Positions 17,720 to 25,862 of a stretch of DNA of 63,581 nucleotides are shown here, one piece after another. The translations under genes and the position numbers were made by a program. Positions within the stretch are counted from its first letter, which is position 1. Every line of letters begins with the position of its first letter. Source of the DNA: a virus (lineage: Duplodnaviria > Caudoviricetes); the IMG/VR virus record IMGVR_UViG_3300036830_000158, positions 1 to 63,581 of that record. One strand, 5' to 3'. A model generated the notes under the pieces. It had not been told where the DNA came from. It saw nothing but the letters and a program-made list of their open reading frames with translations, and made no database searches.

Positions 17720-18247
17720 TTACGCGGGGATCTCGACCCAGGTGATCGAGGCAATACCGACCGCCGCTGTTGTCAGATAGGATAGCGACAAGTTGGCGCC
17801 CGGCGGGATGATGATGTCGCCGTCGGTGCGGTCTTCGTAAACCGTGGGTGTAACCGATGATGCAGCGACCACGGCGGCAATTGCCCGGAGCCATACAGGG
17901 GCGGCAGGAAGCGTGGCCGCGGCGTCAACGAGCCCGACGCCGACATTGAGGTTGCTGCCGTTGGTGATGGCGTTGTGAATAACCATCGGCGTCGTATGCG
18001 TAACAGCGGTGACGGTGACCGCCGGACTGATTGCAAGTCCAACGACCGACGCGCCTGCAGGCGCGGTCGACGGCGCGAAGCGCACTTTTCGCACGACGAG
18101 TTTTTTGGCGGAGCCGGCCGGATTGGAAAGCGCTAGGCCCGTACATGTGGCGCTGACGGTTGAAAGCGTGACGGCGCCGGCTGAGCAAGCATGAAACATA
18201 TGACCCAACCGGGCTTGTTCCACCCACCAATCGAGGGATGCGGACAT
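17720..18247 (-). CDS. Hypothetical structural protein
   Basis: Beta-rich ORF in the head module. Confidence 0.5.
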   Translation of the reverse strand: MSASLDWWVEQARLGHMFHACSAGAVTLSTVSATCTGLALSNPAGSAKKLVVRKVRFAPSTAPAGASVVGLAISPAVTVTAVTHTTPMVIHNAITNGSNLNVGVGLVDAAATLPAAPVWLRAIAAVVAASSVTPTVYEDRTDGDIIIPPGANLSLSYLTTAAVGIASITWVEIPA

Positions 18248-18281
18248 GGGAGTAATCCTTCAGAGAATTCGGGGGAGCGGG

Positions 18282-18428
18282 TTAATACGCGGACTTGCGC
18301 TTGGCTTTCTTCTTCGCCTTGGGCTTGGCTTTCGCCTTGCCCTTGGCGGGTTTGGCGATCATGTCCTCGGCCTTCTTGGCGAAGGGATTGGCTTTCGCTT
18401 TCGTGGATTTCTTCGACTTCTTAGCCAT
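18282..18428 (-). CDS. Lys/Ala-rich histone-like basic peptide (48 aa, not in the ORF track)
   Basis: My translation: MAKKSKKSTKAKANPFAKKAEDMIAKPAKGKAKAKPKAKKKAKRKSAY. Confidence 0.65.
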   Translation of the reverse strand: MAKKSKKSTKAKANPFAKKAEDMIAKPAKGKAKAKPKAKKKAKRKSAY

Positions 18429-18430
18429 TA

Positions 18431-19147
18431 TCAGCGCTCCTTCGCGACAAGTAGGTAATCGATGGACATCACCTTCGCGACCGCTTCGCCGTTCTGAATG
18501 CCGAAGCTGATGGTCAGCTCCTCGTCGTCCACCAGATTGGTCAGATCCGAAGTTCCAAGCTGCACGCCATCCTTGTAGTACGCGATGCCGGCGCTGCCGT
18601 CGTAATAGAACGACAGCTCCATGTAGGTGTCGTCGGCGACCGTCGCAAACGCTGTCGCGGTCGAGGCCGTCGAGTTCTTGATCACCACAAAGTCGAGATC
18701 GGCATCGCCGTCATCCTTGCGGAAATAGACGCCGTCCGTCACCGCAAGCGGAGTGGTGTCGGTGATCTGCAATCCAATGACGAAGTCAGATTGCGTGGCG
18801 TCCGAAACCTTGAAACGGGTTTTGAAGAAGAGCTTCTTCCCGGCAATAAATTTGAAGGTCTCGACAGCGCCAGCAGCGTCGACGCCGGACCATTGGAAGA
18901 AATCGGCGTCATTGTCGGCGTCGTCATTGGTGACGACCAGGATGCCGCCGTCGGCGCTCGCAACGGCCTCGGTCGCCGATCCGCTGCCCGCTTCAGTGGT
19001 GGTGATGACCCATTGGGCGGCGGCGTAATCGTCGAAATCATCGAACCAGACATGATACCGCGTCGGGTCCGGCAGGCCGAACATGCCGAGTGGATCGGTC
19101 TTATGGACCGTGGCCACGCCGGATGGAAACCTAGCGGGTGAAGGCAT
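18431..19147 (-). CDS. Head decoration / minor capsid protein
   Basis: MPSPARFPSGV N-terminus, acidic beta-rich, directly after the major capsid gene. Confidence 0.55.
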   Translation of the reverse strand: MPSPARFPSGVATVHKTDPLGMFGLPDPTRYHVWFDDFDDYAAAQWVITTTEAGSGSATEAVASADGGILVVTNDDADNDADFFQWSGVDAAGAVETFKFIAGKKLFFKTRFKVSDATQSDFVIGLQITDTTPLAVTDGVYFRKDDGDADLDFVVIKNSTASTATAFATVADDTYMELSFYYDGSAGIAYYKDGVQLGTSDLTNLVDDEELTISFGIQNGEAVAKVMSIDYLLVAKER

Positions 19148-19247
19148 TAGAAAACCTCATGCGTCTGAGTGGAAAACAGACGCCGGGGTCGCCCCGGCGC
19201 ATGAAAAAGGCGGCCCTGAAGCCGCCTGATGGTTTTAGGAGGCGGGA

Positions 19248-20156
19248 TCACGCGCCTTGGGTGCCATACATGCACCGCCAGTCGTCGAAGCCGTGCGTGT
19301 AGATCGCAATGACCGAGGCGCAGGCGTTCTTGGTGTCGAACTCCTGGTCCTTGTCGAACGTCGCCGGCATTGCGGTGTAGTGCACCATGCCGTTGTCGCA
19401 GTCGGTCTGGATGAAGAACGCATCCGCGTCGGTGAGGTATTCCCAGACCAGGATGCCCTCCGGGAAGATGTTCATCATCTTGATGGCGTTCACCGCGTTA
19501 TTGGCGGTGTCGTTCTGTAGCACCGACTTCACGATCCGGGTCGATTCGAACATGTTGGCGTGCTGAACGATCAGCCGCCGGGGCATGTTGTTGAAGCGGA
19601 GCCCGCGGCTATCCTTGGCGTCGCGGATCTGAATGCAGAGATCCTCGATCGAGGCCTCGGAAAGATCGGCGTCCGTCGACAGCCTATTGGACTGATTGCC
19701 GCTGTCGGTCGGATGGCTGGTCGACAGAAACGTCGCGCCGTCGCCAAAGGTGAAGTTGCTGTCGAACGCCCGATTGAAGTCCTGGGCGTGCGTGGTTTCC
19801 TCGGTCTCGCGGGCGGAGCGGGCAAGCCGTCCGGCGCGCTTCAGCGAGATCTTCTCGTAGAGATTGAAGAGGATTTCCTCCAGCGACACCTTGAAGCCGA
19901 GGCCGTAGGTGATGTGGGTGTGCCGCTGGGTGTAGCCCTGGTGGCTGATGTCGTAAACAATCGATCCGGTCTCGCTCTTGGTCGACATCAGACCGAACGG
20001 GACTTCCTCGATCGACTCCTCGTAAGACTGTGAGGACGGCTGGTCCTCGTAAATGGCGCGCCACCGGGGCTGATAGTCCTTGTACGATGTGCCAAACCAG
20101 TCTTTCACGCCCGGCCACTGCGCGGCGGGGTGCTGGGCTCTTGTAATTGTAGCCAT
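19248..20156 (-). CDS. Major capsid protein (HK97 fold)
   Basis: TYGLGFKVSLE, ARSARETEE, GDGATFLSTSHP, DLSEASIE, WEYLTDADAFFI, DWRCMYG. Confidence 0.9.
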   Translation of the reverse strand: MATITRAQHPAAQWPGVKDWFGTSYKDYQPRWRAIYEDQPSSQSYEESIEEVPFGLMSTKSETGSIVYDISHQGYTQRHTHITYGLGFKVSLEEILFNLYEKISLKRAGRLARSARETEETTHAQDFNRAFDSNFTFGDGATFLSTSHPTDSGNQSNRLSTDADLSEASIEDLCIQIRDAKDSRGLRFNNMPRRLIVQHANMFESTRIVKSVLQNDTANNAVNAIKMMNIFPEGILVWEYLTDADAFFIQTDCDNGMVHYTAMPATFDKDQEFDTKNACASVIAIYTHGFDDWRCMYGTQGA

Positions 20157-20165
20157 TGGTCCCTC

Positions 20166-20756
20166 CTAGACGCCGGTGGCGGCGAGCATTTGATGCTCGA
20201 AGATGCTGACGAGCCATTTGGCGTTGGTCAGCGTGGGGTCATTATCGGCCCGAAGCACCGCGGCGATAATGCGGAGCGTTGCGGCGGTCGTGGCCAGCGT
20301 GTTGCTATCCAGCTGAAAGCCGGACCACCCGGTGACCGTCGAGCCGGAGCCAGCGACGAGATCGGCGTTGCGGCCAACCGCGCCGACGCCCATGGCGCCG
20401 CCGATCCCGTCCTCCTGAATCTCGAACAGAATTTCAGGATCGTCGACGACGAGGACGTAGCCCTCGGTCGAGGCGGCATGATGCCGGCCGGAATCCCTCA
20501 GAACCGGAATGGCCGGATCGCCGCCGAAGCCAAGCGACAGAACGGCGCCGATGATGGTGTCCCCAGCCGATGCGGCCGCGACGGTCTGGATGCCGTTGCC
20601 GTCAGCGGAGTCGGTGACGGTTTTTACCGGGTCACCGACGAATAGCGCCGTGCCGTAGGATGCAGGAACGTAATAGACATTCGCAGCCCCATTATACGGC
20701 GCGCCATTACGATGCCGCACGGGGACAAGCCCGCGCGGAATGTTAGCGTTAGCCAT
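20166..20756 (-). CDS. Capsid cement/decoration protein
   Basis: MANANIPRGLVPV...ALFVGDPV...VVDDPEILFEIQ, upstream of the capsid gene. Confidence 0.65.
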   Translation of the reverse strand: MANANIPRGLVPVRHRNGAPYNGAANVYYVPASYGTALFVGDPVKTVTDSADGNGIQTVAAASAGDTIIGAVLSLGFGGDPAIPVLRDSGRHHAASTEGYVLVVDDPEILFEIQEDGIGGAMGVGAVGRNADLVAGSGSTVTGWSGFQLDSNTLATTAATLRIIAAVLRADNDPTLTNAKWLVSIFEHQMLAATGV

Positions 20757-20853
20757 GTTGGTAAGCTCCTAAAAAGGATGAGACAGGCCCTCGCCTGCCG
20801 GTGAAGGTGGATGTTCGAAGTCGATGGGGCGTCGATGGAATGCTTAAGGTCGT

Positions 20854-21501
20854 TTACAGCCGCCGGCCGGCCCGCACCATGCGGATGCCGGTGTCCGGAA
20901 CGTAGGTTTTGTCGTCGGGCTGCGCGTTCAGCGAGCCGCGATTGAGCGCGCGGTCGACCTCGTCATTCTTGGCCGATTTGGCCTCAAGGTCTTCCTCGCG
21001 CAGATGCATCGGTAATTCCATGGCGTAGGCCCGCATGCCGCCGCCTTGTTCCAAGGTGCCGGCCGGGGCCGACTTCGGCTGGCCGTCACGTCCCATGATG
21101 AAGGTGTAGCCGGCCGCCTTGGCGCGCTCGATCCGGCCGGGGACGTCATTGAGCCAGCGGCGATAGAAACCGGGTCTTGGATCGAGACGCAGCCTGGCGC
21201 TGAGCGTGCCCATTGGAATGCGGCGGATATTGCTCGGCCCAAGGGCTTCGCCATTCTCGTCGCCGAACGGGTCATCGGCGTTCTCGGCGACAATGCCGGC
21301 GTCAATTTCAGGCGCGGGCTTGGCCTGCTGGAGCGCGGCCTGGACAGCGGCGATCGACGCCTTCAGCGCCTGTTTGTTCAGGCCGAAGGAATTGATGCCG
21401 AGTTCCTTGGCTTCGCCTCGCAGCGCCCCGATGGTTTCGGTTTCGGCCTCGTTCTCGGCCTCGACTTCTGTGCGTTTGGCATAACGGACGGCTTCGCTCA
21501 T
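20854..21501 (-). CDS. Head-module hypothetical protein
   Basis: RPGFYRRWLNDVPGRIERAKAAGYTF motif. Confidence 0.6.
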   Translation of the reverse strand: MSEAVRYAKRTEVEAENEAETETIGALRGEAKELGINSFGLNKQALKASIAAVQAALQQAKPAPEIDAGIVAENADDPFGDENGEALGPSNIRRIPMGTLSARLRLDPRPGFYRRWLNDVPGRIERAKAAGYTFIMGRDGQPKSAPAGTLEQGGGMRAYAMELPMHLREEDLEAKSAKNDEVDRALNRGSLNAQPDDKTYVPDTGIRMVRAGRRL

Positions 21502-22478
21502 TGCTGGCCTCGCTCAAGCTCGAAATAATAGGTCTGGGCGTATTGTTCTGGCGTGTATTTCTTGCCCTTGGATTCGTAGTACCGCGCCAGGCGTTCATAG
21601 GTCTCCTTGGCGTTCTGCGGCAGACTGTCGAAACCCTTCTTCTTCGCGTCCCGTCGCGGCGGCGATGTCGTCGCGACCGTCGACGGCTCCTCACGGCGGC
21701 CGTTGTTGAATTTGTGCGGCACTTCCTTCTTGATCCGATCCGTCAATGTCCGGAACGAGTCTTCCTCGCTGACGCCGCGGGCTAGGTCCTGCGTATGCAG
21801 GGCAACGGCTATGGCGTTGGTGACGGGGTCCGCCATGAGCGGTTTGTTGTCATCGAGCCAGCCCTGCGCCTTTTGGCTGATCTGTGTTTGCTGCTGCGTT
21901 TGCTGCTGCTGCGCAGGCTTGCGCTCGGTCTCGCTGCGTTGCCGCTGTGTTTCCTCTGGATCCTCACGACGACGCGTTTGCTGCTCGTTGCGGTGGCGCT
22001 GCAGCTCTTCCAGACGGCGGTCGGCTTCGTCGTAAGTCGCTTCGTCCGCCTCGGCCACCGCACGGCGCTTCACCGCCTCCAGGTCGCGCCTGGCGGCCTC
22101 ATAGGCGCGCTGACCGATCTGCTTATTTTGCTCATTCAGCGACTCGACCAGCTGGCCGAGGTCTTCGAGCCGTTCCGCGGCGGTCTTGAGCTGCGTCGAC
22201 ATCTGGTCGAGCTTGTTGTCCTGCTTGGCGACGGTCTGATCGAGAAAGCGGTTGCGCTCTCTCAGGATCGGCAGATCGCTTTCGACCTTGTCGATGTATT
22301 CGTCGGCGCTCAAGAATTTCTTGGGCTTCCGCTCCATGGAGGCGTCATCCCAGTCCGTTTCCGGGATCCAGCCCATTCGGCGGGCGCGGGCCTCTGCGCC
22401 GGCGTCGACAGGTTCACGCTGCTCGGATTGCGAGCGCGCGCCCTCATTCGCCGAAATTTCGGCGTTCTCGTCTGCCAT
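21498..22478 (-). CDS. Scaffolding protein
   Basis: ARRMGW...SADEYI N-terminus, long charged coiled coil, upstream of the capsid genes. Confidence 0.7.
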   Translation of the reverse strand: MADENAEISANEGARSQSEQREPVDAGAEARARRMGWIPETDWDDASMERKPKKFLSADEYIDKVESDLPILRERNRFLDQTVAKQDNKLDQMSTQLKTAAERLEDLGQLVESLNEQNKQIGQRAYEAARRDLEAVKRRAVAEADEATYDEADRRLEELQRHRNEQQTRRREDPEETQRQRSETERKPAQQQQTQQQTQISQKAQGWLDDNKPLMADPVTNAIAVALHTQDLARGVSEEDSFRTLTDRIKKEVPHKFNNGRREEPSTVATTSPPRRDAKKKGFDSLPQNAKETYERLARYYESKGKKYTPEQYAQTYYFELERGQQ

Positions 22479-22500
22479 CGATGATGTCCTTGAAAGTCGT

Positions 22501-22971
22501 TTAAGCGGCGATTAGCGGATCGCTGGCCTGATCGGGAAGAGCGATGCGCTCAACCGTCGCGGCGATCTGCGGTGTCGGGGCGCGCAGGCCGCCGATGCAG
22601 TTGTCCGACATCAGACGGTAGAGCTGACCGTCGTCGCCGAACACCTCCAGCCCCGCATAACGGGTAAAGCAAACGCGCTGCCCGACGACGGGTCTGGCGC
22701 CTTCAAAGCGGCGGGTGCGGTCCATGTTCCACGACCATGCGCCGTCGCCGATTTCGATGATGACGCCGGTCTCCGCCGCGCCGCTCATACGCTCGCGTGT
22801 CGTCTCATCAATATAGACGCCGCCCTTGGTTTGCTCCGGCGCGGCGTCGGGCAACACCAGCACCTGGTCGCCAATCGGCGTGATGCCGGAACGGTTCTCG
22901 CCGTCCCAGGCATTGGCGACATATTCCCCGATCCGGGTTTTACTCAGAATTTTGTCCTTCATCCGGGTCAT
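22501..22971 (-). CDS. groES: GroES-like co-chaperonin
   Basis: PIGDQVLVLP..EQTKGGVYI...GVIIEIGDG...VGQRVCFTRYAGLEV. Confidence 0.85.
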   Translation of the reverse strand: MTRMKDKILSKTRIGEYVANAWDGENRSGITPIGDQVLVLPDAAPEQTKGGVYIDETTRERMSGAAETGVIIEIGDGAWSWNMDRTRRFEGARPVVGQRVCFTRYAGLEVFGDDGQLYRLMSDNCIGGLRAPTPQIAATVERIALPDQASDPLIAA

Positions 22972-23229
22972 TTTCCTCGTTTTGTTGATGGTAGAACTTG
23001 TCGATATTGTCGTGCCTGAGATCGCCGATCTCTTGCAGCGTCAGCACGCGCCCGCGCGCCTCGGCTTCGAGATCGGCGTCGGCCGGCCCCTGTTTCCAGC
23101 GCTCGACATGATCGCGTTCGAGCGCGGCGGCGTAGTCGGCGAGATAGGCCATGAACGCCTTGGTCGCCGGATGATTGCGCCAGACGGCGAAGCTCTCCTC
23201 GGTGAGGTCGCAGGGGGCGATGTCGATGG

Positions 23230-24453
23230 TCACCTCTGGCGCACGATCTGCTGTTCGCGAGGCACGTCCTCGGTCTCCCATGGCGGAGAGGCGCGGCGCT
23301 GCTCGGGCGTCATGTCCATGCGCGACTGGACGTTGCGGGCTTCCACCTCGCCGGCGAGACGGCGATATGCATCGCGTGCGGACCATGGCCGAGTGAAAAC
23401 GTCCGGCGACATGGCGATATCCATAATCTGAGGCGTCGCTTGACGGCCCGTCAGTCGTTTGAGTTCAGCCGCCGCCTCTGATGGCTGCCGTCCCCTGGCG
23501 ATAAGTGCAGCAACGATACGACCGTCATTAACATCCTGCTCGACGATATGAGGAAAATCTCCCGGCGCCCCCCCCCGCGCAAAGCCTTCACGCATCTGCA
23601 CGCCGTGCTGCGTTTCATGTAATCCGGTGCTGAGTGGCGCATAAGCGTGCGATGGAATCACGTTCAACCTGAACACGTCCATGTCAGGATAATATGTGCC
23701 GCGAGCGAAACGGCCGCCTGGAGCCGGATCGAGCCTTTGATAAAGCAGCGGGCGCTCCGGAATATCCGGGTAAGCAGCGGCCAGTTCTGGATGCTGTATC
23801 GCCTCGCCATGCGTCGTCTCGACGGGCAACTCGCCAGGACGCATTTCTGCATGAGCAGGCAAATCGACCCGCGCAGCGTCATCCGAGATCTCAAACCGCC
23901 ATTTGTCGTCCGCGCCACGGCCCCAGCCGGTCGCGCGCCAGATCTCGTCAGGGTGCTGGCCCTGCGCTTCCATCTCGGCTGCCCGCGAGAGCGCAACGTG
24001 ATTGGCCGTCTTCGCCATCGGCCCGGCAAAAATCCGCGTCGCCGACGGTCCCATCTCGGCCGCCGTGCGCGCCGTCTCGCCGAATGGCAGGCCGGTCACG
24101 GCGCCCAGCGTCGATAGCTCCGCCATGATGGCGGCCTTCCGCGCGGCCTGCGGATCACCGGTCCGCGCCGCGCGCGCCCATTCGGAAGCGTAATGCGGCA
24201 CGTCCATCGCCGACATGACGTTGCCGACAACCGGCGTGATGTAGCCGATATCGGTGAGCGTCTGCCGCCGGTTCGCCGAAGCCTGATCCGGGGAATAGCC
24301 GCCGCGGTTGACGATCCCGGCGCGCAGCTTGATGGTCTCGTAGGGATCGAGCGAGGACAGATCGCCGTCCATGCTGACGCCAGCGGGCGGCGAGAACGGA
24401 TCGTGGTCGACGGGAACCAGCGAGTAGCCGGGCGAGGCTTGCGGGTCAGGCAT
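23230..24453 (-). CDS. LPD23-like domain plus zincin HExxH protein
   Basis: IWRATGWGRGADDKWRFEISD; LHETQHGVQMREGFARGG; YRRLAGEVEARNVQSR. Confidence 0.7.
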   Translation of the reverse strand: MPDPQASPGYSLVPVDHDPFSPPAGVSMDGDLSSLDPYETIKLRAGIVNRGGYSPDQASANRRQTLTDIGYITPVVGNVMSAMDVPHYASEWARAARTGDPQAARKAAIMAELSTLGAVTGLPFGETARTAAEMGPSATRIFAGPMAKTANHVALSRAAEMEAQGQHPDEIWRATGWGRGADDKWRFEISDDAARVDLPAHAEMRPGELPVETTHGEAIQHPELAAAYPDIPERPLLYQRLDPAPGGRFARGTYYPDMDVFRLNVIPSHAYAPLSTGLHETQHGVQMREGFARGGAPGDFPHIVEQDVNDGRIVAALIARGRQPSEAAAELKRLTGRQATPQIMDIAMSPDVFTRPWSARDAYRRLAGEVEARNVQSRMDMTPEQRRASPPWETEDVPREQQIVRQR

Positions 24454-25862
24454 TACAGCTCGATCCCGAACTCTTTCAGCTTGTCGATCTCGCCCTGCGC
24501 GTCGTCAAGGGCGCCCGGCGTCGTCTCGATGCAGTAGCCCTTGACCTCATCGGCGATCTCCTTGACCTCCTTGATCGCCGCGTCCAGCGTGTCGCCGATC
24601 GCCACGATGCCGCCGATCTGCGGCATGTCATCGCCCTGAGGCACGAAGTAGTACTTCCCGTCGATCATGGTCAGATTGGTGATCCGCACATTGTCGCGGA
24701 TATCCTCGGGGAACTCGATCGGCTGCCAGTTTTCTTCAGCCCAGTCCGAGATCATGATCAGCTCAGCGCCGGCTTTGCCGGCGAATTCCGGCTCGACAAC
24801 CACGCCGCCGGCGCCTTCCCAGATGATGTCGCCCCAGTTCTTGATCATGACCCAGTAAAGTTGCGATGGCGGCGAAGGCGCCCTGCAGGTCGGATCGATG
24901 ACATAAGACCTGCCATCCCTGGTGATGCGCACCTCGTCGGAAAAGAAGCCCCGGTACTGAAAGTCCCGGAAACTGGGAGCCAGCTTCGCGTTGATGTCGC
25001 GCAAGGCTTGCGGCAACTCATCGTAGCGCCCCGTCTTCATGACGAAGCCCTTGTCCTTGATCTCGATGCCGCGCGTCGCCTTCGCGGCGAATTCGCCGTC
25101 GATGGTCCAGCCATCATAGCCGATCTCGACGGCGTCCGGGATCGCCTCCTCGACGATGAACTCGATCAACCCCTTCTTCGGACCGAACTTATGTTCGAGA
25201 TCGTCGAGCAGCGGCTCGATCAGCTCGTAATTCTCGGAGTGGAAACTCTCCATATCGCCGCGGGTGCGGCTGATCTTGACGTACTGGTCCTCATGCGCCC
25301 GCAGATAGTTGCGCAACGCCGGCAGGCCGGTGACGATGGCGTACTCGCCAATGTCGATGCCGAGCGCGCGCATATGCTGTTTGGCGGCGGCGCGGTCGAG
25401 CTCTAACTCCTCGCCCATCCGCGCGCCCCAGACACGCTTGCCGAGCCTCACCAGGTGCAGCTGCAGCGGACCGAAATTCACATCCGGGAACACGAACAGA
25501 TCGATCTCGTCGAGCAGCGGCCAGAACGCGCCGATCTTGCGCACGCCCGGAATGCCGTCGCCGAGCAGCATGCGGTTGGTTTTCGGGAACGTATATTCCC
25601 ACGGCGCATAGTAGTAGACCGCGCCGAACTCTTCGGCGAGCCGCACGGCCATTTCGACGAACAGGCCGTTGTCGACGACGCAGACGGTCTTGTCGGCGTA
25701 TCCAGAACTTTCAGTGGACCGGCCCTCGGTCTTGCGCTTCGGCGCGCGGCGCGGACCGGCTTGGCCTCGCGCGGGCAGCGGCTCCGGCCTATCGCCCGGC
25801 AAGGGTTCGCGAAACGGATCGTGATCGACGGGGATCAGGGCGATGTCAGACCCCATCGCCAT
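24453..25862 (-). CDS. ATP-grasp enzyme (PurD-like fold)
   Basis: ELELDRAAAK, YVKIS, FIVEE, EIGYDG, YRGFFSDE, IDPTCR motifs. Confidence 0.7.
   Translation of the reverse strand: MAMGSDIALIPVDHDPFREPLPGDRPEPLPARGQAGPRRAPKRKTEGRSTESSGYADKTVCVVDNGLFVEMAVRLAEEFGAVYYYAPWEYTFPKTNRMLLGDGIPGVRKIGAFWPLLDEIDLFVFPDVNFGPLQLHLVRLGKRVWGARMGEELELDRAAAKQHMRALGIDIGEYAIVTGLPALRNYLRAHEDQYVKISRTRGDMESFHSENYELIEPLLDDLEHKFGPKKGLIEFIVEEAIPDAVEIGYDGWTIDGEFAAKATRGIEIKDKGFVMKTGRYDELPQALRDINAKLAPSFRDFQYRGFFSDEVRITRDGRSYVIDPTCRAPSPPSQLYWVMIKNWGDIIWEGAGGVVVEPEFAGKAGAELIMISDWAEENWQPIEFPEDIRDNVRITNLTMIDGKYYFVPQGDDMPQIGGIVAIGDTLDAAIKEVKEIADEVKGYCIETTPGALDDAQGEIDKLKEFGIEL

Noticed and set aside
19181-19200. GGTCGCCCC, matching the first 9 nt of the CRISPR repeat
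   Set aside because: Short match inside a GC hairpin after the capsid gene; likely chance.
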